A DNA stretch of 64,000 bases, from the NCBI GenBank assembly GCA_902787975.1, contig CADAIP010000006.1, forward strand, positions 11,193 through 75,192, written 5' to 3'. The stretch comes from Oscillospiraceae bacterium. GTDB lineage: Bacteria > Bacillota > Clostridia > Saccharofermentanales > Saccharofermentanaceae. Below, piece by piece: positions 29,111 through 39,534 of this stretch; positions within the stretch are counted from its first letter, which is position 1; each line of letters begins with the position of its first letter. Position numbers and translations under genes: made by a program. The notes beneath the pieces were generated by a model, which was given only the letters and a program-made list of their open reading frames with translations, had not been told where the DNA came from and ran no database searches.

Positions 29111-31264
29111 ATGCGCAGATTCAACATGAGAAAAACAGCAGCTTTGATTCTGAGTGCAGTTTTTGTTATGGCCTTTTGGGGTCAGTCTGTTTTATATGCA
29201 GACACAAATGTAAAGACCGTACGCGTCGGCTGGTACGAGTCGCCGTTCAATAATATCGACGAGACCGGCAGGCGCTCGGGCTATGCATATGAATACCAGC
29301 GCAAGATTGCCGCATATACCGGCTGGACCTATGAATATGTCGAAGGTACATGGACTGATCTTTTCGGAATGCTCGAGAGAGGCGAAATCGACATGTTAAG
29401 CGACGTTTCCTACACCAAGGAACGTGCCGAAAAGTTCCTTTACCCGTCGATTCCCATGGGAAAGGAGAATTATTATATTTATAAGGATTCGACTAATCCT
29501 GATATCAGTGCCGAGGATCTGACCACATTGAACGGCAAGCGTATCGGCGTTACCAGGAATAGCATTCAGACAGGCATTTTCCGCGACTGGGCAGAAAAAC
29601 GCGGCATTACCACAGATTTGATCGAACTTGACATCTCTGACAACGATTCCATAAAGATGCTGTTGAATGGCGAGCTTGATGCCTTTGTCAGCCTCGACAG
29701 TTACGGCGATGTTGAACTCATGACCCCTATTGCAACGATCGGATCTTCGGACTTCTATTTTGCTATCAGCACGTCAAGGGTCGATCTTCTTAATGAACTT
29801 GAACCTGCTCTTTTAGCCATACAGGCAGAGGATCCATACTATTCTGAACATCTTTACGATAAATATCTTGATAATTCGGGCGCCGAGAGATATTTGAGCA
29901 CCGACGAGCTCGTATGGCTCGCAGATCATGGTAAGATCCGCGTGGGTTATCAGGATAACTACCTCGCATTCTGTGCGTCCGATCCTGTCACTGGTGAACT
30001 GACCGGTGCGTTAAAAGATTATCTCGATTACGCATCGAAAGAAATCAACAATGCAGATCTCGAATTTGAGACAATAGCTTATCCCACAGCCGAAGTAGCA
30101 ATGGCGGCTCTCAAGAATGGTGAGATCGACTGCATGTTCCCCGCAAATCTCACTGCTTACGACGCTGAACAGATGGGTGTCGTCATGAGCCATTCCATGA
30201 TGAGTACGGAAATGCTGGCTGTTGTACGTGTCTCAGATCAGCATTCTTTCTTCCAGCAGGATAAGATCACCGTAGCTGTAAATGCAGGCAATCCCAACTA
30301 TGACCTCTTCCTTAAGGAACAGTTCCCCGATTGGGATTCTGTTCATTTTATCGATACTCCGACATGTCTTCAGGCCGTTGCAGACGGGAAAGCAGACTGC
30401 GTTATCGTTAGTAACTACCGCTATAACAATATCTCGGAACTCTGTGACAAGCTCAAACTGACAACGGTATCTACCGGCGTTGACATGGATTATTGTTTCG
30501 CTATAAAGGATGGTAACACCACTCTTTATGCGATAATGACAAAGGCTACAAGCCTTGTTCCGGAATCCGTTGCGCATTCGGCTCTCAATTTCTATGCTAC
30601 TGAAGATTCGAAGGTGACTTTTGGTGAATTGGTACGTGACAACCTCGGAATAATAATGTCTGTGGTATCTGCAGTTCTGCTCCTGTTCCTTATTTTGTCT
30701 GTTCGTAACGTTAAGCTCATGCGTAAGACTATTAAGGGCAAAAAGCAGCTTAAAGACCTCAACCAGAGAGTCAATTATGATGCTCTCACTTCTGTCCGTA
30801 ACAAAGGTGCTTTTACCGAATATATAGATAATGTTCAGTCCAGGATCAGTAACGGAGAGTCTTTCGGTGTAGCTGTTGGTGTCTTTGACTGTAATGACCT
30901 CAAAAAGATCAACGATATGTACGGACATGAAAAGGGCGATGAGTACATCAAGAATGCATGCCACTTTATCTGCACGACCTTCCGCCGAAGTGCCGTATTC
31001 CGTATCGGAGGTGATGAGTTTGCAGCAGTCCTTATGAATGAGGATTTTGCGAACAGAGATAATCTTACCGATATATTCACGAATGAGCAGGAAGCCATCA
31101 GCGCCTCCGCATCGGATCCTTGGAACCAGCTTCATATTGCTATGGGCCTTGCAATCTTCTCGTCTGATTCTGATGGTTCTCTCAATGACACCATAAAGCG
31201 AGCTGATGAACTCATGTACGAAAACAAGAGAATCTGGAAAGAGTCCCAAAAAACAGTAAGTTAG
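29111..31264 (+). CDS. Diguanylate cyclase with two extracellular SBP-like domains
   Basis: Tandem SBP3 domains, TM helix, 'DALTSVRNK', 'RIGGDEF', 'ADELMYENK'. Confidence 0.9.
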   Translation: MRRFNMRKTAALILSAVFVMAFWGQSVLYADTNVKTVRVGWYESPFNNIDETGRRSGYAYEYQRKIAAYTGWTYEYVEGTWTDLFGMLERGEIDMLSDVSYTKERAEKFLYPSIPMGKENYYIYKDSTNPDISAEDLTTLNGKRIGVTRNSIQTGIFRDWAEKRGITTDLIELDISDNDSIKMLLNGELDAFVSLDSYGDVELMTPIATIGSSDFYFAISTSRVDLLNELEPALLAIQAEDPYYSEHLYDKYLDNSGAERYLSTDELVWLADHGKIRVGYQDNYLAFCASDPVTGELTGALKDYLDYASKEINNADLEFETIAYPTAEVAMAALKNGEIDCMFPANLTAYDAEQMGVVMSHSMMSTEMLAVVRVSDQHSFFQQDKITVAVNAGNPNYDLFLKEQFPDWDSVHFIDTPTCLQAVADGKADCVIVSNYRYNNISELCDKLKLTTVSTGVDMDYCFAIKDGNTTLYAIMTKATSLVPESVAHSALNFYATEDSKVTFGELVRDNLGIIMSVVSAVLLLFLILSVRNVKLMRKTIKGKKQLKDLNQRVNYDALTSVRNKGAFTEYIDNVQSRISNGESFGVAVGVFDCNDLKKINDMYGHEKGDEYIKNACHFICTTFRRSAVFRIGGDEFAAVLMNEDFANRDNLTDIFTNEQEAISASASDPWNQLHIAMGLAIFSSDSDGSLNDTIKRADELMYENKRIWKESQKTVS

Positions 31265-31351
31265 TTTTTCGCTCGGTTCCCTTCTCATATAGTTAACATA
31301 TAATTAACTTAAAAAAGACAAAAGAATCTGACAAAGTGATAGAATTGTCTT

Positions 31352-34300
31352 ATGGCAGAGAAGCGGAACAGCAAGGGCAGGTTTTTAAAGGCCGTTCTGG
31401 GAATGGTCCTGTCATTGTGCGTGCTTATTACCGCCGCTCCCGTTATCGTCAATGCGGACGGTGAACCTCATGTTGTAGATCCTACGGGAAAGAACGAGGG
31501 CTACGCAGCATTCCTTTATGACAACACAACAGGTCTTCCCACATCGGAAGCTAATGCAATAGCTGAGACATCAGACGGCTTTATCTGGATCGGAAGCTAC
31601 GGCGGACTTATCAGATATGACGGCAACAATTTCGAGAGATATCAATCCAACACGGGAATCGCGAGCGTTGTAAGTCTCTTTGTAGACAGCACTGACAGAC
31701 TCTGGATAGGCACAAACGATAACGGTGCAGCCGTTATGGATAATATTGGAAATGTTACGATGTACGGAAAGCCTGAAGGTCTTCCTTCCGCTTCCGTCAG
31801 ATCATTTACCGAGGGTCCCGACGGAGATATCTATATTGCTACCACGCAGGGAATCTCTTATGTAAATGCTGATGGCAGCCTTAATAAGATCGATGATCCC
31901 AATGTCAACGGCGTATACGTAAAAAGCCTTGAATCAGGTGTTGACGGACTTATATATGCCCTTACGGTAGACGGCGATATCTTTACTATTAAGGACAGGG
32001 CTTTGGAAAGTTACCACAAGGCTGAAGATTTTGGCGTTGAGGATGTCCATGCATTGGCGACAGATCCCAACAATCCCGGTTATCTGTATCTTGGTACAAA
32101 GGGATCGAATGTCTGGTACGGCAGCTTTGAAGACGGCTTCCCCAGAGACCAGAGGATACATATTACTCCGCTTGAATACATTAACTCAATCAAATGTGAG
32201 GGCGACCGCATCTGGATCTGCGCCAACAATGGTGCGTGTGTATATAGAGACGAAGAAGTGGAGATGCTCAAAAATGTCCCCATGACATCGAACGTTGAAG
32301 GTATCATGGCAGATTTCCAGGGTAATCTCTGGTTCGTTTCTTCAAGACAGGGTGTCATGAAGATCGTTCCAAACCAGTTTACGGATGTTTTTGATGCCAA
32401 TGATCTCGACGAAACTGTTGTTAACACCACATGCTATTGGGATGATAAGATTTTTATTGGTGCGGATTCAGGACTTACTGTACTTGATAAAGAAGGCGTA
32501 GTTTCCAGCATTGAGATCAAAAATGCGCAGACCGCTGCAGGCGAGCATCTCGGATATCTTGAATTGATCTCGATGATGAAGGGTATAAGGATCAGATCCA
32601 TTATCAAAGACAGTAAGGACAGATTGTGGTTCTCTACCTATAGTGATTTTGGTCTTGTCAGGTTCGATCACGGTAACCTGGTCACTTTCGGTGTTGATGA
32701 CGGAATTCCTTCAAAAAGAGTTAGGGCTGTCTCGGAATGCAGTGACGGATCGTATATCGTTGCCTGTACAGGCGGTGTGGTTGTCATCAGAGACGATAAG
32801 GTGGAAACGATATATGATGCATCTTCCGGAATCACTAATATCGAGATCCTGACTGTTGCCGAAGGCTCTAACGGGGATATCCTTGCAGGAACGGATGGTG
32901 ATGGAATCTACGTTATAAGCCCTTCTGCAGAAGTAAGTCATCTTGATACATCAAACGGCCTTATGTCTGACGTTGTCCTGAGGATCAAGAAAGATGTCAG
33001 CCGCGATATCTATTGGATCGTAACGAGCAACTCGCTGGCGTATATGACGGCTGACTATAAGATAACTACTATCAACAACTTCCCGTATTCAAACAACTTC
33101 GATCTTTACGAGAATTCACTGGGAGAGATCTGGGTGTTAAGCAGCGATGGTATTTACGTTGATAAAGCTGAAAACCTTATTGCAAATGGCGAGCTGAGTC
33201 CTGTCTTCTATGGCATCGAAAACGGCCTTCCGGTAATAGCAACATCCAATTCCTACAGTTGTGTCACTGATGAAGGCGATCTATACATTGCCGGTACTAC
33301 CGGTGTTGCAAAAGTAAACATCGAAAAGGGCTTTGAGACTGTCGACAACATTAAGATGACCATTCCTTATATCGAGGCAGATGGTGTTAAGGTCTATCCT
33401 GATGCAAATGGCATATTTACAGTTGCTCATGACGTTAAGAAGATTACGATCCATCCTTTCATCTGCTCATATATGCTTATGAATCCTACCGTATCATATA
33501 ACCTTGAAGGTTTTGATAAGACAGTCATGAGTGTTCACAGAACTGACATGACGTTCATCGACTACACCAATCTCAAGGGCGGTACATATACTTTCAGCAT
33601 GACCATCTCCGATGCGATGGGACACGGAAGCAACAGTTACTCGATAACCATTGTTAAGCAGATGGCGATCTATGAATACACATGGTTCATTCTCTGCGTT
33701 TCTTTACTTGGTTTTGCCTTGATCGTACTCGTGGTCTATCTCTATGTCAGGAAAAAGACCAAAAAACTCTTAAAGAAACAGGAAGAGGACAAGATCCTCA
33801 TCAGAGAGATCGTTGAGGCATTTGCGAAGACGATCGACTTGAGAGACAAATACACGAACGGCCACTCACAAAGAGTTGCCGAATATACGGCAATGCTCAC
33901 CCGTGAACTCGGTTACGACGAAGAGACTACCGAGAAGTACTACAACATTGCTCTCCTCCACGATATCGGCAAGATCGGTGTTCCGGGAGAAGTATTGAAC
34001 AAGCCGGGTAAGCTTGATGACGAAGAGTACAAAACGATCCAGTCACATACGGTGCTCGGCTACAATGTTTTGAAAGATATCAGCATCATGCCCGAGCTCT
34101 CGGTCGGTGCGGAATCTCACCATGAGAGACCCGACGGCAAGGGCTATCCTAAAGGCCTCAAGGGAGACGAGATCCCGAGAGTTGCCCAGATAATCGGAGT
34201 CGCAGATGCTTTCGATGCGATGTATTCCAACCGTCCTTACAGAAAGAGAATGAATTTCGAGAAGGTCGTATCCATCATCAAGGACGCATCCGGAACGCAA

Positions 34301-34522
34301 CTCACGGAGGACGTTGTTGAAGCATTCTTAAGGATAGTCGACAGGGGAGGATTCAGAGCTCCTGACGATGTGGGCGGAGGATCCACAGAAGATATCGTCA
34401 ACATTCATAAACGCTTCGAGAAGGAAGAAAAAGAAGAACACGAGAAACAGGAACACGAAAAACAGGAAAAGGAAAAACAGGATCAGGAAAATCCAGGTGA
34501 AGATAATAAGGAGCAGTCGTAA
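31352..34522 (+). CDS. HD-GYP phosphodiesterase with an extracellular beta-propeller/Y_Y_Y sensor
   Basis: Two-component-regulator-propeller repeats (GFIWIGSYGG, DRLWIGT), 'DYTNLKGGTYTF', TM, 'LLHDIGKIG', 'HHERPDGKGYP'. Confidence 0.9.
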   Translation: MAEKRNSKGRFLKAVLGMVLSLCVLITAAPVIVNADGEPHVVDPTGKNEGYAAFLYDNTTGLPTSEANAIAETSDGFIWIGSYGGLIRYDGNNFERYQSNTGIASVVSLFVDSTDRLWIGTNDNGAAVMDNIGNVTMYGKPEGLPSASVRSFTEGPDGDIYIATTQGISYVNADGSLNKIDDPNVNGVYVKSLESGVDGLIYALTVDGDIFTIKDRALESYHKAEDFGVEDVHALATDPNNPGYLYLGTKGSNVWYGSFEDGFPRDQRIHITPLEYINSIKCEGDRIWICANNGACVYRDEEVEMLKNVPMTSNVEGIMADFQGNLWFVSSRQGVMKIVPNQFTDVFDANDLDETVVNTTCYWDDKIFIGADSGLTVLDKEGVVSSIEIKNAQTAAGEHLGYLELISMMKGIRIRSIIKDSKDRLWFSTYSDFGLVRFDHGNLVTFGVDDGIPSKRVRAVSECSDGSYIVACTGGVVVIRDDKVETIYDASSGITNIEILTVAEGSNGDILAGTDGDGIYVISPSAEVSHLDTSNGLMSDVVLRIKKDVSRDIYWIVTSNSLAYMTADYKITTINNFPYSNNFDLYENSLGEIWVLSSDGIYVDKAENLIANGELSPVFYGIENGLPVIATSNSYSCVTDEGDLYIAGTTGVAKVNIEKGFETVDNIKMTIPYIEADGVKVYPDANGIFTVAHDVKKITIHPFICSYMLMNPTVSYNLEGFDKTVMSVHRTDMTFIDYTNLKGGTYTFSMTISDAMGHGSNSYSITIVKQMAIYEYTWFILCVSLLGFALIVLVVYLYVRKKTKKLLKKQEEDKILIREIVEAFAKTIDLRDKYTNGHSQRVAEYTAMLTRELGYDEETTEKYYNIALLHDIGKIGVPGEVLNKPGKLDDEEYKTIQSHTVLGYNVLKDISIMPELSVGAESHHERPDGKGYPKGLKGDEIPRVAQIIGVADAFDAMYSNRPYRKRMNFEKVVSIIKDASGTQLTEDVVEAFLRIVDRGGFRAPDDVGGGSTEDIVNIHKRFEKEEKEEHEKQEHEKQEKEKQDQENPGEDNKEQS
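34436..34480 (+). repeat. Three tandem 15-bp repeats encoding EHEKQ/EHEKQ/EKEKQ
   Basis: GAACACGAGAAACAG GAACACGAAAAACAG GAAAAGGAAAAACAG. Confidence 0.8.
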
Positions 34523-34577
34523 GACTGCTTCTTTTTTGTATAATAGAAGATACATCGTATATCACCGTGAGGGCATA

Positions 34578-34646
34578 ATGGGCGACTACGATGAATTTGA
34601 AGATATCGAAGAACTTATAAAGTTTATTCAAACAGGAAAGAGATAA
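34578..34646 (+). CDS. Putative 22-aa small protein MGDYDEFEDIEELIKFIQTGKR
   Basis: GAGGG RBS; fills the gap between an upstream TATAAT and the RBS of the next gene. Confidence 0.3.
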   Translation: MGDYDEFEDIEELIKFIQTGKR

Positions 34647-34659
34647 GGGGGATATTGCG

Positions 34660-35655
34660 ATGGAACAGACAAGAAAGTGTCCTTCATGCGGCGGTACAAT
34701 GATATTCAAACCCGGCTGGGACAGCCTTTTGTGCCAATCGTGCGGTCATAAGGAAGTCATTCCCGAACTGGTATCGAAAATACCTGTTGAAGAACTGGAT
34801 TTCCTGACAGCCCAGAATACTGCAAGTCACGACTGGGGCATGGAGGCAAAGGTTGTTGTCTGTAAGCAGTGCGGTGCCCAGACGATCCAGAACAGGCTTC
34901 AGCTCTCAGGCCTTTGTCCTTTCTGCGGTTCCACTACAGTTGAACAGGCTGATCCTGAAAAAGACATTATGGCTCCTAACGGAGTTATTCCTTTCAAGAT
35001 TACCGAAGAGCGCGCCCTGTATATATTCAAGGATTGGATCAAGGACAGAACACTTGCTCCTGATCTCCTCGCGCAGAATGCGCAGCTTAATAAATTCTAC
35101 GGAATCTATGTCCCTATGTTTACGTTCGATGTGCTTACAGAGAACCGTTACACGGGCCATTATAATGAGAACAACAGAACTCTTTTCAAGAGTGGAAAAT
35201 TCCAGTATCAGGTCGATGATTTCCCGGTCGTTGCAAGTAAGCAGCTCTCTTCAGATAAACTCCTTTTATCTATTATAAAAGAATACTGGACAAGAGAAGC
35301 AAAGCCATATACACCCGAAGCATTGGCTGGATTCCCGTGCGAGCATTATTCCATTGGTCTTACTGATGCATGGAACAGTCTTGGAGATGAACTGAGATTC
35401 CACCTTCAGCAGCAAGTAAACAAGCAGGGCGATTCACGCTATATCATGGGCATTGAGATGGCAACAGATTATTTCAATCTCAAATATAAATATCTGATCG
35501 TACCTGTCTGGATCAACTCTTTCTTCTACGATAATAAACTATACACGATCGTTATCAACGGACAGACCGGAAAGATCAACGGTCAGTGGCCTAAGTCATT
35601 CGGTAAGTTTGTCGAGAAAGCTGCATTATTGTTCCTGGGCGGAGGCATTACCTGA
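34660..35655 (+). CDS. Zinc-ribbon protein (two CxxC pairs x2)
   Basis: 'KCPSCGG..LLCQSCG', 'VCKQCGA..LCPFCGS', 'LIVPVW..INGQTGKING'. Confidence 0.75.
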   Translation: MEQTRKCPSCGGTMIFKPGWDSLLCQSCGHKEVIPELVSKIPVEELDFLTAQNTASHDWGMEAKVVVCKQCGAQTIQNRLQLSGLCPFCGSTTVEQADPEKDIMAPNGVIPFKITEERALYIFKDWIKDRTLAPDLLAQNAQLNKFYGIYVPMFTFDVLTENRYTGHYNENNRTLFKSGKFQYQVDDFPVVASKQLSSDKLLLSIIKEYWTREAKPYTPEALAGFPCEHYSIGLTDAWNSLGDELRFHLQQQVNKQGDSRYIMGIEMATDYFNLKYKYLIVPVWINSFFYDNKLYTIVINGQTGKINGQWPKSFGKFVEKAALLFLGGGIT

Positions 35656-35711
35656 TCCTTTCTTATTAAATCAGGATATCCTGAGAAAGTAATCCTGATC
35701 GATAATCATAC

Positions 35712-35763
35712 TTGACGAGAAATAGGTAAGATGTTACATTGTTGGTAACATATTACCTATTCG
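35712..35763 (+). promoter_or_regulatory. sigmaA promoter overlapped by a 45-bp palindrome (probable MarR operator)
   Basis: TTGACG-N17-TACATT; GAAATAGGTAA-g-ATGTTAC-N7-GTAACAT-a-TTACCTATTTC (35719-35763). Confidence 0.7.
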
Positions 35764-35773
35764 GAGTCTGCGT

Positions 35774-36244
35774 ATGAAGATCAATGAACTCGTCACTAAT
35801 GACATAGTCGACTTTTCCGCCATACCGCCGCAGTATTTTTTGCTCGGTCTTTTAAGCGCGTTTGAGAACCGCTTCCAGGCAATGGCAGATAAGATGATGG
35901 GGGAGATCAGCTGGAAACAGTTCTTCGCTATCATCTGTATACAGATGTGCAAAGAAGCACCAACGATAAACGATCTCTCAGATGTGCTCGGAAGCTCACA
36001 TCAGAACGTCAAACAGATCCTTTTAAAGCTTGAAGCAAAAGGTTTTGTCGCATTCAAAACGGACGCAAAAGATAAACGCAAACAGCGCATTGTTCTTACA
36101 AAGAAATGCATGAACTTCTGTGCCAAAAACGATGACGTCGGAAAAGACGTTATGGAGAAGATGTTCGCTGGTATTCCCGAAAAAGATATCAATAAAACAA
36201 TCCAGACGATAATGAAAATAGAAAGCAATATGAAAGAGGAATAA
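35774..36244 (+). CDS. MarR family transcriptional regulator
   Basis: 'PTINDLSDVLGSSHQNVKQILLKLEAKGFV...DKRKQRIVLT'. Confidence 0.92.
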   Translation: MKINELVTNDIVDFSAIPPQYFLLGLLSAFENRFQAMADKMMGEISWKQFFAIICIQMCKEAPTINDLSDVLGSSHQNVKQILLKLEAKGFVAFKTDAKDKRKQRIVLTKKCMNFCAKNDDVGKDVMEKMFAGIPEKDINKTIQTIMKIESNMKEE

Positions 36245-36774
36245 TGATGAAGGGTATAGTCATTTATAAGTCGAAATACGGATCGACAAAGAAGTACGCA
36301 GAGTGGATCTCAGAACGTACCGGTTTTGATTGTGTGGAATCAGGTAAGATTAATGCTAAACAATTAGCTGATTACGATACAGTAATCTTCGGCGGCGGTA
36401 TATATGCATCGGGCATTGCAGGAATCTCATTTTTAAAGAAGAATATCGTCGCGTTAAACGGAAAAAAAGTAATTGCATTTTGTTGCGGCGCATCACCTGA
36501 TGATGAGACATTTCTGAACGAGATTCGTAATATGAATTTGAAGGATGAACTGGCATCCGTTCCGTTGTACTATTGTCGCGGAGCATGCAGTTTGGACGGA
36601 ATGTCATTCAAGGATAAAACACTTTGCAAGATACTCAGAAAATCACTCGAGAAGAAAGATCCTAAAGACTATGCCGTATGGGAAGCAGCACTCGTTGAAG
36701 CAGTCGACATAGGCAAAGATTGGACAGATATTAAATACATCGATCCGATAGTCGAAGCGTGCAATAAGTTATAA
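36244..36774 (+). CDS. Flavodoxin domain protein (HemG-like)
   Basis: 'YKSKYGSTKKYAEWI', 'IFGGGIYASGI'. Confidence 0.85.
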   Translation: MMKGIVIYKSKYGSTKKYAEWISERTGFDCVESGKINAKQLADYDTVIFGGGIYASGIAGISFLKKNIVALNGKKVIAFCCGASPDDETFLNEIRNMNLKDELASVPLYYCRGACSLDGMSFKDKTLCKILRKSLEKKDPKDYAVWEAALVEAVDIGKDWTDIKYIDPIVEACNKL

Positions 36775-36777
36775 TCT

Positions 36778-38112
36778 TTGCTCTGGCAAGATGAGGAGAC
36801 AGAAGTGATAAATAGGATAATGAAAGATAGTGGAAACAAAGCATATGTTAAGGATTTAGAGCGCCTGGACCATTCGCTTGAGTCCAATCTTGTCACTGTA
36901 AAGAATGATGTCAATTATGCTGGTGATAATGATGCTGAACATACACTTGATGTTTATTATCTTGACAATGACAAGATGAAACCGGTTCTTGTTGATGTTC
37001 ATGGCGGTGGGTTCATTTCCCATGATAAGAAAATAGATAGCGTGTTTGCAAATGTTATGGCTCAAAAAGGTTTTGTTGTCTTCACAATTAATTACAGACT
37101 TGCATATCCTGAACATAATGTTTTCGATCAGATCGAAGACATAGATAAAGCAACACGCTGGATAGTTAATAACGCCTTAGCATTTAAAGCTGATACTTCA
37201 AAAATGTTCATAGCAGGACATTCATCAGGAGGGGTAAATGCTATTGCTGAAGTTCTGTTAAGTCTGAGTGAAAACATGAGAAGTGATTATGGATTTAATT
37301 CAAGGAATTATTTCTATAACGGTCTCATTCTTGATTGCGGTCTTATGCAATTCTATAAGAGCAGTGTTGCATATAACGGCATGAGAAACATGGTATTTAC
37401 CAAAGGGTATAAAGACGATAAGAGATATTGCCATCTTATGTTTGATAAAAATGATGAAATCATGAAGTTGCCTTCAACTGTGATCATCACAAACAAATCA
37501 GATGAGCTTAAAGCAATGTCTTACGATTTCAAAAAATTGCTTGAAAGAAATAATGTTAAGAATGTGCTTTTTGATACGGGGTCAGATGGTCATATGGGAG
37601 TGATATTTAATCCGCTGTCTAATGATTCTACATTAATCGATGATATTGTTTCTTTCTTTAATGATGGTATTCATATCGTTCCGTATAATGATTCATTTAA
37701 GCAGCAGGTTTTTGATTTTACCGATAAGTGTTTTGAAGAATTAGGTAAGAAATTCGAGCCGGATGGAAGACATGATTTCTATAACAACATTGGTGACAAT
37801 TTTGTGGTTTTCTATTGCCTGTTTGATCAGGATAAGTTAATCGGAACAGTCGCACTAAAAAAGATTGATGAGAATACAGTTGAACTAAAAGCGATGTATC
37901 TTGACCGCAGTTACAGAGGCAAAGGTCTTGGCCGTCGTCTGATGAATAAAATTGTAGATGAAGCAAAAAGGTTAGGGTATAAGAGTATAGTTCTGGATTC
38001 TATGTCTCAGTATAAAGATGCATTGAGATTATATGAGAGGACAGGATTCAAAAACACTGAACGATACAACGATAATTTATATGCCGATGTATTTATGATA
38101 TTGGATCTGTAA
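36778..38112 (+). CDS. Alpha/beta hydrolase (HSL-type esterase) fused to a C-terminal GNAT domain
   Basis: 'DVHGGG', 'INYRL', 'GHSSGG', then 'ELKAMYLDRSYRGKGLGR'; start uncertain (TTG 36778 or ATG 36819). Confidence 0.75.
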   Translation: MLWQDEETEVINRIMKDSGNKAYVKDLERLDHSLESNLVTVKNDVNYAGDNDAEHTLDVYYLDNDKMKPVLVDVHGGGFISHDKKIDSVFANVMAQKGFVVFTINYRLAYPEHNVFDQIEDIDKATRWIVNNALAFKADTSKMFIAGHSSGGVNAIAEVLLSLSENMRSDYGFNSRNYFYNGLILDCGLMQFYKSSVAYNGMRNMVFTKGYKDDKRYCHLMFDKNDEIMKLPSTVIITNKSDELKAMSYDFKKLLERNNVKNVLFDTGSDGHMGVIFNPLSNDSTLIDDIVSFFNDGIHIVPYNDSFKQQVFDFTDKCFEELGKKFEPDGRHDFYNNIGDNFVVFYCLFDQDKLIGTVALKKIDENTVELKAMYLDRSYRGKGLGRRLMNKIVDEAKRLGYKSIVLDSMSQYKDALRLYERTGFKNTERYNDNLYADVFMILDL

Positions 38113-38116
38113 TTAC

Positions 38117-38151
38117 AAACAGGGATTTCAGTTACGACATCCCTGTTTTTT
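38117..38151. terminator. Terminator between convergent genes
   Basis: AAACAGGGAT...ATCCCTGTTT plus Ts. Confidence 0.7.
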
Positions 38152-38175
38152 CTCTATCCCTATTACCGCTATTAA

Positions 38176-38382
38176 TTACTTTCTGTATTCCAAAATATCA
38201 CCCGGCTGGCAATCCAGCGCATCGCATATTGCTTCCAGTGTTGAGAAGCGGATGGCGGAGATCTTTCCGTTCTTCATTTTCGAGAGATTGACGTTCGACA
38301 CGCCGACTTTCTCTGATAGTTCATTCAGCGACATCTTGCGATCCGCCATTACTCTGTCTAATCTCAGTATTATCTGTCCCAT
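38176..38382 (-). CDS. Xre/Cro family HTH regulator (YozG-like)
   Basis: 'LRLDRVMADRKMSLNELSEKVGVSNVNLSKMKNGKISAIRFSTLEAICDALDCQPGDILEY'. Confidence 0.92.
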   Translation of the reverse strand: MGQIILRLDRVMADRKMSLNELSEKVGVSNVNLSKMKNGKISAIRFSTLEAICDALDCQPGDILEYRK

Positions 38383-38394
38383 ATCCTATCCTCC

Positions 38395-38988
38395 TTACAG
38401 TGTCTCGTCTGCCTGTGTCTGTAAGGTAATGCCATAATCAAGGATAGCATTAACTGCGATAGTTACAAGGATACCAAGAATTGCAGGTCCGGTTCCTGAT
38501 GTGAGGAACAGTACAACAGATGTTGCGATAAGCACTGTCTTGATCCTCTTCTTGACGGTAACGGTGAAGGGATTTCCTTCTTTCTCGATTATCGCGAAAA
38601 CCGATCTTACCAGGAATATCAGAGCAACTACAGCTACCATGATGAAGCTCATTGAAAGAATATAAGTTCCGTAAACAACACTCATCGGATGGTCATCTAT
38701 TGCAGCCTGTACGGCAGGGATATCGGAGTGGATATCAAGAGGGATAGATCCCAAATTGATATTGACTGCGGAAGCAGATCCGATCTCATCGTTAGTTGAG
38801 ACAACACCTGCAAATCTTCCTGATGTCACCATGTCATCGAATTCCTTGCCCATGACCAGCACCTTAACGCCGCCCCAAATGCCTACTGCCAGCATGAATA
38901 TTGCAAGCGCCAGAAAGATATTGGCAGCAATTTTGCCTGCATGGCAACTCTTCTTGATCTTTGCGATCTTTACACTTTCTTCGTTCAT
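38395..38988 (-). CDS. DUF2975-like membrane protein
   Basis: Usual partner of YozG; 'GNPFT', C-terminal 'LQTQADETL'. Start moved to ATG 38988 behind AAGGAG because the ORF-track GTG overlaps a TTGACA-N17-TATAGT promoter (39063-39035). Confidence 0.8.
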   Translation of the reverse strand: MNEESVKIAKIKKSCHAGKIAANIFLALAIFMLAVGIWGGVKVLVMGKEFDDMVTSGRFAGVVSTNDEIGSASAVNINLGSIPLDIHSDIPAVQAAIDDHPMSVVYGTYILSMSFIMVAVVALIFLVRSVFAIIEKEGNPFTVTVKKRIKTVLIATSVVLFLTSGTGPAILGILVTIAVNAILDYGITLQTQADETL

Positions 38989-39189
38989 AAATCCTATCTC
39001 CTTACAAAAATCTATCACCTTCGAAGATGGCTTCACTATACTCTGTTAATTAATCTTTGTCAACAACTATTTAACGATAATCGTTAAAAATTATTCGGAG
39101 AACATTATGAATGTGCGTGACGGATTTCTTCGTGTGATATATAACGTGTTATTATTTATAGCAAATATAACCTTACCGGAGATATACTC

Positions 39190-39534
39190 ATGATCGATTA
39201 CGAGACCATAGCAAGGAACAATCACCGCAGCGGAATGAACTGCTCAGCAGCAGTTTATGATGCGCTCGGACTTAATAATCCCAACATGACAGAACCGCCT
39301 TTCCCGAGATCGATTGAAGGCAAATGCGGAGCCGTGCTTGCAGCAGAACAGACCATCAGGGAGATGGGCGGTACAGAAGCAGATGTTGAAGAATTCGAAA
39401 GACGTTTCAAAGAAAAATACAAGCACTTAAAGTGCGTCCAGCTCATGGGCTTCCTCAACGGCAAATGCAACGACTTCGTCGGCGAAGCTGCAGCAATTGT
39501 TGCAAGTATGGGGATAATGAAAGATAAGGAGTAA
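39190..39534 (+). CDS. C-GCAxxG-C-C family putative redox protein
   Basis: 'GMNCSAAV', 'KCGAV', 'LKCVQL', 'KCNDFV'. Confidence 0.7.
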   Translation: MIDYETIARNNHRSGMNCSAAVYDALGLNNPNMTEPPFPRSIEGKCGAVLAAEQTIREMGGTEADVEEFERRFKEKYKHLKCVQLMGFLNGKCNDFVGEAAAIVASMGIMKDKE

